DNA from: Octopus sinensis
Taxonomy: Eukaryota
NCBI RefSeq assembly: GCF_006345805.1
Contig: NC_043004.1
Span: forward strand, 37,572,001-37,636,000
Reading direction: 5' to 3'
DNA: 64,000 bases
The position numbers and the translations under genes were made by a program. Shown here piece after piece: positions 12,213 through 26,430 of the stretch; the stretch's first letter is position 1, and each line of letters starts with the position of its first letter. The notes under the pieces were generated by a model. It was not told the origin of the DNA. It ran no database searches and was given only the letters and a program-made list of their open reading frames with translations.

Positions 12213-13569
12213 GTGTATATATTTGAGTAATTGAATGAATTATCTTATTAAGGATAATTCGACAGATAACCGATACCTGGGTAGCAAATTCACATCAGAA
12301 AGATCACAGTTGAAGCTACGTCCCTAGGGCATAGACTATGTGTCTTCGTGCGGAAATTTGTATGTTTATTTTAAAATTATAAGTATATGAAAGAATGGAG
12401 TTGAACGACTAGTTACCAAATATCCTTTATTCTCGACATATGTTTCGAAGGCTGCATATTCCTAATTCCGAAGGAATAAGGAGTACATTATGCAGATTTC
12501 TCTTCAGGAAAATCAAGGAAATTTATGTCGATATCAAAATGCGCAAAAAACTTTTAGCTGACCGCTCTCAAGGAGCCCATGGCGATAATGAGTGTCTCTT
12601 TATAATGAGTGACGTCAGAGTGGCTGAATGTAGAATATTTCGCAAATTTTTACAATACGACTCACACTCCACGCGCAAACTCGAGACCGATTTAGGCATA
12701 TTATTGTTTTGTTTTTGTTGTTTCTGGCCCTTCAAAACCATGGGAGAAAAGCCTTTTCGGTAAAAAAAAATAAAGAAAATATTCAAAAAATATCGTTAAT
12801 ATTTTTATTGGGCGACGAAATTAATCGATTTAAGAGATATAGCTGTTATTTCTAGCACATCTAGAAGACAGAAGAAGAGGTAAATAATTTGAGCTCGAAT
12901 GCTGCGATTTCATTTAAAATTAAACTACGTTTAAGTTACGAATTACAATTTTGTTTTCAATTTTGTTTACAATAATGTTTTCTTTTGACACATTCTACCA
13001 GTATACGAAGTTTCAAATTGTTTAGTTAACTAGGAAAATCTGGCCTTCAAAAAGAAAAGATCCTAGAGACCGATAGAATAAACACTAGGCTTACAAAAAA
13101 TAAGTACTGGGGTTGATTTGCTCGACTAAAGGCGGTGCTCCAGCATGGCCACAGTCAAATGACTGAAACAAGACACTTGCCCGAGGTGTCATGCAGTGGG
13201 ACTGAACCCGGAACCATGTGGTTGGTTAAAGAGTTGAAGTTTTATAAACAAATTTTTATCAGAGTCCAAATCTTTGTACTTTTTACGTATTTGGAAAAAA
13301 AAAAAAAGAAAATTAACAAGGAGAGAAAATTCTGGAAAAAGTGAAAAAATGAAGCGGGTGGGGGTGGGGGAGGATTCGATCCTGAAAAGACAATTTCAAA
13401 AATTCATCCCTCTGTCTTTATCTTTTCATTTTTTTCCGGTATATATATATATTTTTTTAGTGAAAGATGAGGATTCTGGAAAAAATGTGTAAAATTTACA
13501 TTTTTCAAGAATATATATCTACTAGCACTATGACCCGTCGCTGTCATAGTTTTTGCACGTGTGACTATT

Positions 13570-16500
13570 AATCGCACAGAGGAAAATCGATTAATCTGCG
13601 AGTGCAAAATCGCACTCGCGTCGCACAAAAGGCGACCACACCTGTTCACCGTCGTCTATGAAGCGCTGGAGATGTCGCAGTCTCAGCGCATGTCTGCGCA
13701 TCATCAACCATGGCATGCCTAGCACTCCATTTAGCGGGTGTTGACAGCAAATGGATCGCCCAACCATCGGAACACTTCCCTTCCACAGGAGGCAGAAGAG
13801 TATGCGTTCCAGTTTGGTGATGGTAGGGTTAAGACAAGGCACGACGCTCAGACGCCACCTCCACCCAATCTTTTAGGGATAGGTTCCTCTCAGGCCATTG
13901 CTGGGTGAGAGTGGCCACCCTAGTCGTTATTTCGCTCCAGTTCTTCTCCATTTGGAGGTCCGGACTGAACCAGACTCCGAGCAATTTAACCGGTCCGTCG
14001 GTCCAGTGTCCCACAATGGAGACGCTGTTGAACGGCATGGGTTTGTTTCTCCAGGTGCCGAGCCGCAAGCCCACTGACTTTTCCCGGTTAATTTTTGCTC
14101 CCGTTACTGCTTCGTATTCTTTTAGTGTCTCGCCGACCAGGTCGATGTGCTTGTGGCTCGACACTATAACGGTGACGTCGTCCGCGTATGCAGACACGCT
14201 CCTCCAGCATCCCAGCTCTCGTGGGATGCCTCTCAGCGTCGCCAGTTTCCGCAGTCGTGGTTCAAGAGTCAATACATACAGAAGCGATGAGAGGGGGCAT
14301 TCTTGTCGAACCGAACGCATGATGTTAAAAGGTCTGGATAGATGACCATTTACGCGAACTACCGAGTAGATGCCGCTGTATAAGGCAGCGATCCAACCGT
14401 GGAAGATGGGACCGAAACCAGCCGCTTTAAGGACAGCCTCTAAGTAGTGATAGTCTACCCTATCGAAGGTTTTTGATTGATCTAAACTGATCAGCACCCC
14501 ACCCATGCCAGGATCCTTAGCTACCATGTCTATGATGTAGCGCATCAGATGGAGGTTGTCATGGATACTCCTACCTGGCACGGCGCACGTTTGCGCCTTG
14601 TCGACTAGTTTCTCGATGACAAGTGCCAACCTCTCGGCTAACATCTTGGCCAAAATTTTCAAATCTGCGTTGAGCAGAGTGATGAGCCTGAAATTATCTA
14701 TGACGTCCCCTTTGTTTGGATCTTTCTTTAGCAGTGCCACTGCTCCTTGCTTTACAAAGGCGGAGATACTCCCTTTTGCTGCCAGTTGCAGTAGACAGCT
14801 GCCAAGACGTCTCCAAACAAGTCTGGCATATGACAATAAACTTCGCAGGGCAGACTAGCCAAGCCTGGTGACTTGTCTCTTGCGCAGCCTGCCCTTGCAT
14901 CCCGTACATCTGCGGCTGTGATGGGTTTTTCACAACACTCCGCCTCTCTTGCTGAGAGTCGTGGTAGGGCATGCAGGTAGGCACTAAAGTCCACTCTGCA
15001 TTCTGACCCATCACTTGTCCCAAACAGTTGGGTAAAGTGTTGTTGAAAGCCTCACACATCCTTTCAGGCTCCAGTAATTCGCGCCCTTGTTCATCTGTAA
15101 GTGACCTGATGGTGGCTCTGTTGCCTCGTTGCGTCTCCACCACTCGGGCGGCTCCATCTCCTTCGTTCCTCAGAGCACGCATCCTAGCTCTGACAACGCA
15201 TCCTTCGTGTTTGGCGTTGAGGTGTTGGTCGAGGGCCAACCTCGCTGCCAGTACGTTGGACGTGATGCCAGTTCTAAGTGCCTCTTTTAAATTCCTAAGT
15301 CTCCCTCTATTCTATTTCAGTCTACTGCCTTACTGTACCTAACCGATTCTGCTTTAATTGCTTTCTTTAGAGCATACCACCATCTGTTGTTGATGATGGC
15401 ACCCGTGAAAGCTCTCTTTACTAATGTGCTAATCCGGTCCCTGTAAGCCTAGCGTGCCGTGAAAGACGCGTTCAGCTTCCAGTAACCAGGACCCTGCCTA
15501 TGTGTCTTATCTAAGTCAAGTGTACAAGTCACAAATTTGTGGTCTGTGTAGCTGACTATATGGAATTGTGGACAACCTACACTATCTTTATCTACTGTCA
15601 TACAGAATACTCTATCTAAGTACGATCTGGACGACCTGATGCGGTTGCTCCATGTCCACATTGGCACATTCGGGTGGTCCAGTTGGTACCTGTCAGATAG
15701 TTGGAAACGTCTGAGCAGGTTTTTGAGACGTTTGTACCTCCTCCTATTACTACATTCCCAGGAAGACTTCTAGACATCGAAAGAAATCTGGCCGGTCTGT
15801 TAAGGACGGTGCATAAACTGTTATCAGTCGAAAAGCACTCATTGCTGCCATCGACATCCAAGATGACCAGCCTACCCTCCATGTCTAGGAAAATCGCTCT
15901 CACTTTGAGGTCCAGACTCTTCCGGAAAAGCACTGTGGTGCCACCTCTGCCCATTCTCGGTAGACACGGAGAAAAATAAATGTCGAAATGTGTGCCGAAC
16001 ATGTGCTGGAATGCCCGTGGGCTGTGGAGTCTGGTCTCACTGATGGCTATGATATGCAGATTTTGTGACTTGATGTCGTTTAACAGGTAGCCTTGTTTCC
16101 AAGGCGACCCCAAGCCACGTACATTTATACTGCCTATTTTGAGCACGTTCCTATCGAAGTTGTGTTTTACACATGAAAGAAGATGAAAAAAGAGAGAGAG
16201 AGAGAGAGTCACTTACTGTCCGAAAGTTCTTTATTCTTCACTTCACAGTCTTCTCCCAGATGGTTTTTATACAGTTTTTTTGACAAATACTTTTGAAATC
16301 TCCCAACTGCATCAGGGTTGAGGGATTTTAGGGTGCTGTGTGTGTTCTGAGTTATGTGTATGATTTTAACGTGTTGTGGTGGTGTTGTGCATGGGTGGTT
16401 CTTTGTTTTGGTATCATTTTCGGTTATGTTGGTGTTTGACCTAATGTAATCCATTAGGTCGGGGTTGTTGGTGTTTATGGCTGTCAACATTGTTGGGGGG

Positions 16501-16810
16501 TTTGGTGATAGTGTGTTTGTGTTGATGTGTTTGTTCTCTGCGGATGTTTTAGTTTCGGGAGTGGTAAACCTCCCTGCTTTGTTTGTCTGCTTCTCTATTC
16601 TTTCTCCTCCTTTTCTCCTCCCCCCTGTGGCTATTTGGCAATCCTCTGTGTCGTCTTCATCTGATGACGTCAGAGGAATCTGAAGGTGGGAGGGGAAGTG
16701 TATTGGGGTCTATTTCCGACTGTGTTGACTTTGTTGTTGGTGTTGGTGCTGGTTGGTGAAAGTTGGGTGTAGTGTATGGGTTTTTGGAGGTGGAGTATGA
16801 GTCTTTTCGG
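13570..16810 (-). mobile_element. Tx1-like LINE, degenerate (ORF1 C-terminus, AP endonuclease, RT)
   Basis: KIGSINVRG, YWKLNAS, LDQSKTFDRVD, AYADD; homologous to 45615-51050; many frameshifts; both ends truncated. Confidence 0.9.
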
Positions 16811-16865
16811 TTTTAGATAGATAAATAGATAGATAGATAGATAGATAGATATATAGATATAGATA

Positions 16866-17270
16866 GTGAGTGGCTGTGTGGTAAGTAGCTTGCTTACCAA
16901 CCACATGGTTCCGGGTTCAGTCCCACTGTGTGGCACCATGGGCAATTATCTTCTACTATAGCCTCAGGCCGACCAAAGCCTTATGAGTGAATTTGGTAGA
17001 CGGAAACTGAAAGAAGCCCGCCGTATATATGTATATATATATATATGTGGGTGGGTGTCTGTATATTTTTGTGTGTCTGTGTTTGTCCCCGCCAACATCG
17101 CTTGATAACCGATGCTGGTGTGTTTACGTCTCCGTAACTTAGCGGTTCGTCAAAAGAGACCGATAGAATAAGTAGTAGGCTTACAAAGAATAAGTCCCTG
17201 GGTCGATTCGCACGACTAATGGCGGTGCTGCAGCATGGCCACAGTCAAAAGACTGAACCAAGTAAAAGAA
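16866..17270 (+). mobile_element. SINE family A, near full length
   Basis: Same head and body as other copies, with GACTGAA-CAAGTAAAAGA tail. Confidence 0.85.
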
Positions 17271-17774
17271 TAGACATAATTAAAAATAATTATGTACTAT
17301 AAATAGACGCAAAAACTCTTAAGTTTATTGTGTACATGATAGATTAATCTTGCCTCTCTCAATATAGAAACATTTCTCATGGCACCTGCCCCAGAAGCTA
17401 GCGAGTAAGATACACTGGAACAGCCACTTTGACTCACAAGGCTCACACTTACAAACAGCAATCTCAGCCCCAGTAGTGGTGAGCAGGGATATAGTACGGA
17501 GGCCAAGAACACTGGAGGTCTCAACTGCTACAAGCTCGTTAGAGGCTATCCATAACTGGGTGGGAGTTGTTCAAAATAGGAGCGGAAAGGTTGGGAAAAG
17601 TAATGGTGGAATGAATAACAATGATCAAAATTTATTGAGGTAAAAGGAGGAAGTAGGGGCTTAGCACTAAATAAGAGATTAGGATAACTGTCGAAATTGT
17701 GCAAAGCTGAAAAAGAGGGACACTAGAAGATAGGTGTTTACATAGGTTTAGTGAATTAACATAGAAGAAATAAT

Positions 17775-17984
17775 GATTTCAAATTTTAGCACAAGGCCAG
17801 CAATTTCAGAGAAGGGGCAAGTCGATTACATCAACGCTAGTTCTCAACTGGTATTTATCATATCGACCCCAAAAGGATGAAAGGCAAATCATTCTCGGTG
17901 GAATTTGAACTCAATGTACAAACAGGCGAAATATCACTAAGCGATTTGCCCTGCCTGCTAACAGTTCTACCAGCTCGTCGCCCT
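17775..17984 (-). mobile_element. SINE family B with 16-bp TSD
   Basis: ACATAGAAGAAATAAT at 17759-17774 and 17985-18000. Confidence 0.85.
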
Positions 17985-18004
17985 ACATAGAAGAAATAAT
18001 AAAA

Positions 18005-19130
18005 TTGTTTATTAATTAGTTTGGAGTACTTCAAGTTATGTCAGTTCGTTCAAAGAGCATCAGGCGTTGGATGTTCTCCGGGCGGTAACATTTTAAGTCC
18101 GTATAAAACCTTCTTCCATGGTGACACTCATCTTGGTCAACTCCTCTCACACAACTCTTTGCCAAGTCCTCACCAACCTGCCTTTTTTTCCTCCAACTAT
18201 CCACATGACGGCTGTCCTTGCTGGCCTCTCAAATGGTATGCGCAATATATGGCCAAGCAGCTTCCTTCGTCCAACTGTGATAGTGTCTTGAAGTTTACTT
18301 CGATCAGCACTACCCATCATTTGTGATATGGTCATATTCATCATCAGAATATTTCTAAAGCACCAGCAATGAAAAATATTCACCATATTGCAAACTTTGT
18401 CCATTCACCTCCACGTTTCACTCACATACAATGCCAAAGGAACAACAGATGCATTTAGACAAAGTGTATGTTCTTGACGAATGGAAGAATATGACCATAT
18501 TGGTCTCAAGCTTTGGAAAACTACCATCACTTTGCAAAGTTGAGGAATGACATTAATTTCTGCTTTTCCGTCTCAACCAACATTATGAACAAGAATGGAC
18601 AATATCAATATTTTGTCCTTCAAGATTGATGGGTTTGAAATGATTTTTGCCCATGTATAAGGCTTCTGTCTTTTGGCAAATTGATGCAGAGATCAAGTTA
18701 GAGCTGATGTCACGAAGGCTTGTCACCATTTGCATGACCGATATCGTTTTAAATTTCTGTCAAGATCCGTCTGTCTATTGTGTCTCCAGCAGATCTCGAA
18801 GATGGGGTTATTCATGGACCGTGTCGTAATAAAGTCAACCACAAATTAGAACAAAAACGAGCTTATACATCTATTCAGCCTGTTATAGCATGGTGCTGAA
18901 GTCCTTGACCTGAATACCTGAAGTGATTGTGTACCCGAATCAAAAATGATGTTTAAATGACTGCAACAATTGGCGTAGCTTAATCTTTAACTATGGTGTC
19001 TGTCCATGGCAAAGTGTTCTGCAATGCCATCTTGGACAATGTGAACAATGCGGTAGACAAATACCCCAGGGATCATCAAACGAGTTTTCCAAACGGAAGC
19101 TTTTGTATAGAACAAATACTCACTCTTCTA
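18005..19130. mobile_element. RTE-type LINE remnant with inverted 5' segment
   Basis: 18005-18850 (-) encodes the late RT and C-terminus (LLGHILRIP); about 18880-19130 (+) encodes early RT (SVHGKVFCNAIL...CIEQILTL). Confidence 0.6.
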
Positions 19131-19732
19131 CAGATTTCTCATAGTCAAAATTATCGATTTCAAAGAAATTTCTTTTAAAATTTAATTTTAGTATATATAT
19201 ATATATAATCAATATGTGGTTTTCAAGACATTCTATTATCGAAGATACCAACGACGTAAAAGTAATTTTAATTCACTACCAAATAGTAGTTTTTAAAACA
19301 ATGAGATGGCGTTTCCCCGCTTAGTCATTTCTCTCTCTTACGCTGCATGATGTTACTTTCTACAGACATATCAGGAAAAACATTTATCCAAATTATAAGT
19401 TTAATCCAGCATCAGCCAAATTATATTGATTCCAGTATCCTTTCATATTTGTTTGATGTTGTTGAAGAAATAAACAGCTCCCGAAAGTTAATTTCTATGC
19501 TGGGGGTCACCATTCGTGTTATCGCAGTTTATATGATGACCGGGAATAAAAATGAATTATCAATTTCAATCTCTGTAGAACAGTAACTGCGTGTTTATAT
19601 AAGCTATTAATACTAAAATGTACGAATACACACACACACACACATATATACATACATGTATGTATATGTATATGTATGTGTGTGTATGTGTATAGACGGA
19701 TAAGTAATGCAAGGTATGTTCGAACCTACAGT

Positions 19733-19970
19733 TGTGGTTGTTATATATAAATAATGTATTGAGTATTAAAGGAAGTAGTGAGTACTTAGTATGAAAGATT
19801 AAGAAAATGAGAGAGACTGGAAAAACGTGTTAACAATACGAGATACTTTATTAAACTGCTGTTGTTGTACAAGGTATTTGTTGTGGCGGGAAACTTACTG
19901 AATGTCCTTGTATCAAGGGAGACAATGGGCAACGTTGATTGTTCATGTTTGTTGTGATGATTACATAACA
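19733..19970 (-). mobile_element. Solo LTR of the Gypsy family at 56699-61229
   Basis: Near-identical to those LTRs, TG...CA ends, 5-bp TSD ACAGT. Confidence 0.95.
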
Positions 19971-21094
19971 ACAGTAAGCTTTTCAATATGATTTTTTCCA
20001 GTACATTTTAATTATAATAAGTTATTGTATATAAGTGACTCCAAATTTGAAATGTTAGATGGAATAGCTAGAGAAAGAAGCTGTATACATGCTGCATCGG
20101 TCTTAGTTAATATTTAGTTTAGAACTGTTCATTATAATATTAGGTAGAATGGTAATGAATTAAATTGTATGCAGTGTTATTAGATTCGAGAATCAAGTAT
20201 AAACCTAGTTGTTATGGAGGATTTAAAATTTATGTCCTCACTCCATATTGAACCCTCCCCCAAAATGATATGTGCTTGAGGTACTCAAAGCATGCTTTGT
20301 GTTTTGTGTATAATAATAATAATGATGAAATTATTGCATACAGTGCTCAGGTGCACAACATCTTGTTCAGTATGTTTGTTTAACGGTGTATCGTAGCTAA
20401 GTAGCTTTTGTTAGTGTGTTTGAAATTTTGTTTTGGTCATTTTTATTATGGAATCAGGGTTTGTAGTGTGTGTGTATCTTTGCGTGTGCATGTATGTGCA
20501 TGTGTGAATGTGTTTCAGGTGGTCAAGGTTTGTGTTTGTTAGATATAACTAAGAAAGATACGATACGCAGGGTAGATGTACCGATAGCCTCCCGTAGATC
20601 AAGTACTGTACATACTGAATTGTACCTTAGTTAACAAATTGATGATATAATACAGAGTATTACGGTCTCTTTACCGATGTAGTCGTACAGTACTTGAATA
20701 ATATTATTGATAAGTTATGTTCTTGATTTCATTTCACAGTTAATTTTGTATATGTTTTGTCATATGATAAAAAATCTGGTAACATCTTTCAAAGAAGAGA
20801 TGACAGGTTATAACAAAGAATATAGTTTTCAAAGAAGTTTTGTTAGTAGTCTTTACTTTTATTATTGTCTATCTGGTCTCTACACCATTCATTGAACCAG
20901 AAAAGGCAAGATCTCAAAAGGGATTATACATTTCATGACTCTCTATGAATTTGTAGCTCCATATAGTTTACAAAATAACTGTGGAATTGACACAAGTATT
21001 TCATAAATTTGTGTGAATTGACTATGTTGAGATTACTATTGAGAATAATCTTTAGGTTTAAATTTTGAAAAAATTTAGTTAATTGATGAACTTT

Positions 21095-21510
21095 TTTACT
21101 CTTATTTTTACTCTTTTACTTGTTTCAGCCATTCAGACTGTGGCTATGTAGGAGCACTGCCTTTAGTCGAGCAAATCGACCCCAGGACTTATTCCTTGTA
21201 AGCCTAGCACTTATTCTATCGGTCTCTTTTGCCGAACTGCTAAGTTACGGGGGACGTAAACACACCAGCATCGGTTGTCAAGCGATGTTGGTGGGACAAA
21301 CACAGACACACAAACATATACATACACACATACATATACATACATATATATGACGGGCTTCTTTCAGTTTCCGTCTACCAGATCCCTCACAAGGCTTTGG
21401 TCGGCCAGAGGCTATAGTAAAAGACACTTGCCAAAGGTGCCATGCAGTGGGACTGAACCCGGAACCATGTTGTTGGTAAGCAAGCTACTTACCACACAGC
21501 CACTCCTATG
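21095..21510 (-). mobile_element. SINE family A
   Basis: Reverse complement of the family A consensus. Confidence 0.85.
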
Positions 21511-22466
21511 CCTAGCTAGCTCTCCCTTTACACCTCTAGAAAGTAACAGACCATCATCTCTATAAATTCCTATATTAATGGTGTGGAGTTTATCGTTAAC
21601 TGAACCGAAAGTATATATATTCCAAAAGAGGTTGAAATTCCTGCGAAATCTCTCATTCTTACTTTTAGATCAAAGAAATCTGTGCAATCTTGATAAGTTT
21701 TATAATTATAAAGACTCTGATTTGCGTCATGTAAAGGAATGTGTGAACAAAGCACAAGCCGTCGTTCTGCTGCCGACCCGAATCTTCACGTTTACCACTG
21801 CTGTCGGTCTCTGTCCATCCGGTCGCATAAAGTCGTCGTCTTGTTGCCCAGTCTTATCACTCTCTTCTCTTCACCACTTCCCAATTGACCGCAGGTGGCA
21901 GAATCTTGTACAAGCGTGTGTGTGTGTAATTACGTGTTAAACTGTCGTTGTGCTGCACGACCTCACTGTCCGCCGAACGCCGTTAGGCTCACAGTACTCG
22001 CAGGACGCCTGCCACTTTGAACTTGATTAGGCTGACGAAAGCGCCAGTTATTGTTTTAATTACCAGCCCAAAACAGAGGACGAAGCGCAGATGGAGGCTT
22101 AGCCGCGCGGGGTACGTTTTATGGCAGTGCCCCAATTGTCTCTAGCTGAAAATAATAGAAGAATAATAGGATAAACAAAAAGAAAGCTAAATATGGACAT
22201 GCAGTGAAAGTCAACCTGCCATGTCATATTTGACACTTTGAGACATCATTTGAGGATGAAAGTTCAATTCCCATATCTGGTATCAGTTCGAAACACAAAA
22301 CAAACAAAGAAAAACATTTTTAATTCAATCCTAAAATAATCACTTAAAAGCTATATAGATTCAATTATACTGGAAATATTTATTTAGTTACATCAGATAA
22401 TTAAATTTTGAAAGTTTTTCATTTAAAGTTAATTATTGTTTTGTAGTTTCAACAGAACAAAATATC

Positions 22467-22472
22467 TTTATT
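22467..22472 (-). terminator. Candidate polyadenylation signal of the CBR gene
   Basis: AATAAA on the minus strand about 19 nt after the stop codon. Confidence 0.5.
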
Positions 22473-22490
22473 CATTTATGTATGTCGTGT

Positions 22491-22588
22491 TTATTTCCAT
22501 TCACGGATTTGACGATCCACTACAAACTGACCACGAGGCTCTTTAACATTTGGAGGCAGTAAAGCAAGATAGACTGGTGTGTCGGCGC
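22491..22588 (-). CDS. CBR1: CBR exon 8 ((G)ADTPVYLALLPPNVKEPRGQFVVDRQIREWK*)
   Basis: CTTTCTGTTAG acceptor, phase 1, ends at TAA. Confidence 0.95.
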
Positions 22589-22759
22589 CTAACAGAAAGA
22601 TGCGAAAAAAAGATAAAAATAATGAGACGATAACACACAGAAAAAGATAAAATAACACAGGTAATAAGTATGTGATTAAGATATCAGCTTTGTGAGTTCA
22701 ATTCCAGTGTATAGCAGTCTGTGCAAATGTATTCTGCTTTAGCTTTAGGTTGACCGCAT

Positions 22760-22793
<34 letters not shown>

Positions 22794-23078
22794 GAGAGGT
22801 ATTGGTATCGAGAAAACCCCATGTGGCAGGTAAGGCTATGTAAGTGCTATGGAAGGACCGTAGTTAAACTCTCGGTTCGACAATAATACGAGTGAGGAGT
22901 CTAATGTGGGTCTTGTATAAGCATGTATATGTTAAATAAAATGAGACAACAAAGCCAAGGCTGTGTAGAATTTTCAGGACATTTATAAAGAGTAAGTTAG
23001 TCATAATGTCTTAATTACCAACACTCCTTTTTCATTTTCTCTTCCTCTTTCTTTCTTTCTTTCACACACACACACATA

Positions 23079-24250
23079 TTGTGTCATCCCATAAATAATG
23101 CGGTTTTTTAATTGCATGAATTAAAAGTCGGGGTGGTGGGGACGGGATAAACTACCTGCATCAGCTTAAAAGCAGGTAGTAATTTTACCTTGTGCCTACT
23201 CTTAGTGCAAGTTTAAAGAGTGCAGTTTGATTTTAACAGTTATTTTTTCAAAGTTATAATGGAAGTGACAAAGGAGCATATTCGGCATATTTTGCTTAAT
23301 GAGTTCAATAAAGGCAACAACGCAACGGAAAGTGTGAGGAATATTAATGCAGTATATGGGTGCCGGACAATAAGCGTAAGCTGGTGTCAACGGTAGTTCC
23401 AGAAATTCCGAGCCGAAAACTACAGCCTAGAAGATGAGCCTCATCCTGGAAGATCTGTAGATCTCGATAAGGACGTCCTGCAAACCTTGGTGGAACAAAA
23501 TCTTATCGTAACTGTCCAGGAAATAGCAGAGAAGCTTGGATTTAGTCATTCACCCATTCATCGACATGCGTGCCACCGGAAAAGTCAGCAAATTGGGTCG
23601 ATGGGTTCCTCACAAACTTTCCGAGTCTAATCGCGTGCAGAGTGAATGTGTGCTCTTCTTTGCTGTCATGTCTAGTGACCGGTGACGAGAAATAGGTTCT
23701 CTATAAAAATGTCAAGCACTGAAGACAGTGGGTAGGGAAAGGAGATGGCATCCAGGCTAAAGAAGGTCTTCACCCACGTAAGGTGTTGTTGTCTGTTTGG
23801 TGGGATATGAAAGGTTTAGTCCACTTTGAAAACCCAAACCAAACGATAACAAAAGAGATCTACTGTGAGTAGCTTGAGCAGCTTCAGTCAGTGCTAGAAG
23901 AAAAACTATCATCTCTGATTTTAAGACGAAAGGTGTTCTTCTATCGGCCACATACGACGAGGATGACATTCCAAAGGCTGGAACAGTTTGAATGAGAAAC
24001 GATGCTCCACCCACCATATTCGCCGGACATTGCCCCATCTGATTATCATTTATTCCGCAGTCTTCAAAATCATTTGGACGGAAACAATATGAATTCTGTA
24101 AACAAGATCAGAATAGTACTGGGGGAGTATTTTTCGTCAAGGGCAAGTGAATTTTTGAAGAGGGGACCTGCAAGTCTATCAGATAGCTGGAAGAGCATTG
24201 TAGAAAATGAAGAGTATATTTTAGATTAAAAAAGAACTTTGTTTATCTTA
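23079..24250 (+). mobile_element. Mariner (DD34D) transposon, degenerate
   Basis: WVPHKL, VTGDEK and HPPYSPDIAPSDYHLFRSL; left end GTCATCCCATAA is shared with 53890. Confidence 0.9.
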
Positions 24251-24661
24251 AGTCTTGTCAGCGCAGAAAAACACCAGCTTCATTGGAGTCTGAATATAGG
24301 ATTGAGTTCCATCGTATTTGGTGGTTATAAGATATGAGGAAATAAAGTCTGGTTCAGGGCACTCTTGTCTAGGTAAGCTGTATACAACTACCGTCGGGTG
24401 TGCTAACATACGTATTTGTGTTTTAGGTTGTGTGTATGCAGATAGTTAATGTGTATGAAGAGAGGCTTGTGTGTATGGTGGTATATGTGTGTATAAGCTT
24501 ACTTGTAGCGGTAGTAGCTATGTGTGTGTGAGAGGATACGCTAGTGTTGAATTACAGTGACGTTTATGTTTGGCTTGTGTGATAGACAAGAACAGGGTGA
24601 ACGTTAGAAAATTTGAAATGTTTAATTCTAGGTGATCAAATACTTAGATGGAGATTTCTAC

Positions 24662-24725
24662 CTTCCTCAATAGTTCTTGGTCCTAGGTGATTAGTCATAT
24701 CAGTGCTAACATAACCAGGACAGCA
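24662..24725 (-). CDS. CBR1: CBR exon 7 (CCPGYVSTDMTNHLGPRTIEE)
   Basis: TTTTTGCAG acceptor, GTAGAA donor, phase 0/1. Confidence 0.95.
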
Positions 24726-24803
24726 CTGCAAAAAAGAGAAAACAAATTATTATTGACAAATCATCATTATCATCGTCGTCGTCGTCATCATCATCATCAT
24801 TAA

Positions 24804-25012
24804 GGTGGTGAGCTGGCTGAATCATTAGACCACCAGGCGAAATACTTAGTGGTATTTTGTCTGTCGCAGCATTATGAGTTCAAATTCCGCCGAGGTCGAC
24901 TTTGTCTTTCATCCTTTCGGGGTTGATAAATCTAGTATCAGTTGCGTACTGGGGTCGATGTAATCGACCATTCTCCTCCCTAAAAATTTCGGGCCTTGTG
25001 CCTAGAGTAGAG
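24804..25012 (+). mobile_element. SINE family B
   Basis: GAGTTCAAATTCCGCCGAGGTCGACTTTG core. Confidence 0.85.
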
Positions 25013-25044
<32 letters not shown>

Positions 25045-25749
25045 CAATAATATTAATACGCTAACTTTTGTTTTTGTATGTACCTGTTGTGTGCATCACA
25101 CTTCCTTCAAAGAAGTGGCAAAGCGAGAGAGAGAGGAGGACAGAGAGGAAGTAAGAGAGAAAGAGAGAGAGAGAGAGAGTGAAAGAGACATTGAGTGGTG
25201 ACGGCGTTCGTTTTGTGTTTTTAAATGTTTATCACATCGCAAGAGAAGTAGATACATAGATACATATACATATTGTTAAATCAAAAGCGGGAGAGAAGAG
25301 GGACACAAAGGAAGTGAAACAGAAAGAGAGAAAGTGAGAGAGAGTAGATACATAAAACTAAAGAAAAGTTCTTACATAGATACATAAACATAGCAAATAT
25401 TGGCTGTCAATTTCACTCTTCATTACCATACGAGGATAAAATTAGTTCACAAATGGCTGAGTACTCCACAGACATGCATAATATTAACGTATTTCTCAGG
25501 GAGATTCAGCCTCACAAAGAATATGACAAGGCTGGCACCTTTGAATTACAGCTACAACTCGAGACATATATATAAATGTATTTGTGAGTGTGTGTGTATG
25601 TGTGTGTGTATGTGTGTGTGTGTATAGTATAGGTTAGGTAAAACATGTCTGCAATAATAAGTGTCGCATGGTGGAAATAAACACAATTACCGAACTTTAA
25701 TTCATAAATCCATTAATTATTTCGTTCTTTTTTATTTCAATTTGTACAT

Positions 25750-26430
25750 TTGTACCCAGAAATTTTCAACAACTGCACGCCAGAAGAAATGGAAAAATGA
25801 ATAATTTTATCTCCTAAAAATTCTGATTGTCTTGCAATAAATGAAAAAGTTCTTAATATTATACCAGAGGCACTTAAAATGTAATTAAGCACAGATTCAG
25901 TGGTCTGCAATAATGAAGAGGAGGTTCAGAACTATCCATTTGAATTCATAAACTCACTCACCTGCTCCGGTATGCCTCCTCATCGCCTCACCTTAAAAGT
26001 AGGGGCTATTGTAATGCTGCTAAGAAATCTTTCGATCAGTCAAGGATTATGTAATGGAACTTGCATGAAAGTGCTAAGACTTCATGAACATTGTGTAGAT
26101 GCATCATTGATAACAGGTTCCAACAGAGGTCGTACAGTTCTAATTCCCAGAATTAAACTTAGTCCAAGTGATACAAATATTCCATTCACTCTAAACAAAC
26201 TTCAGTATCCACTTCGACTTGAATATTCAAAGGCCAAACATTTGAAAAAAGTTGGAATACATTTGCCTCAACCGGTGTTTTCTCATGGCCAATTATATAT
26301 CTCATTTTCAAGAACACGAGCTATGAACAATATCAAAGTAAGGGTTATGACGCTCAATTGGGATAACAGACAAGACCAAAAACGCGGTGAGACATACACA
26401 CAAAATATTGTCTACCATGAAGTACTGTGA
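25750..26430 (+). mobile_element. Helitron PIF1-helicase C-terminal fragment
   Basis: [27 protein letters not shown] and [12 protein letters not shown]; the TINKSQGQ motif is deleted. Confidence 0.85.

Noticed and set aside
19342-19586. Exon-like segment (79-aa plus ORF; splice-like ends on the minus strand)
   Set aside because: All minus frames are blocked; the plus ORF has no partner exons or recognisable homology.
20599-20697. 13-bp inverted repeat TCAAGTACTGTAC
   Set aside because: Single short copy with no TSD; at most a tiny MITE remnant.
22032-22038. CTGACGA here and at 52467 as further hammerheads
   Set aside because: No stem II, GAAA and NUH arrangement follows.
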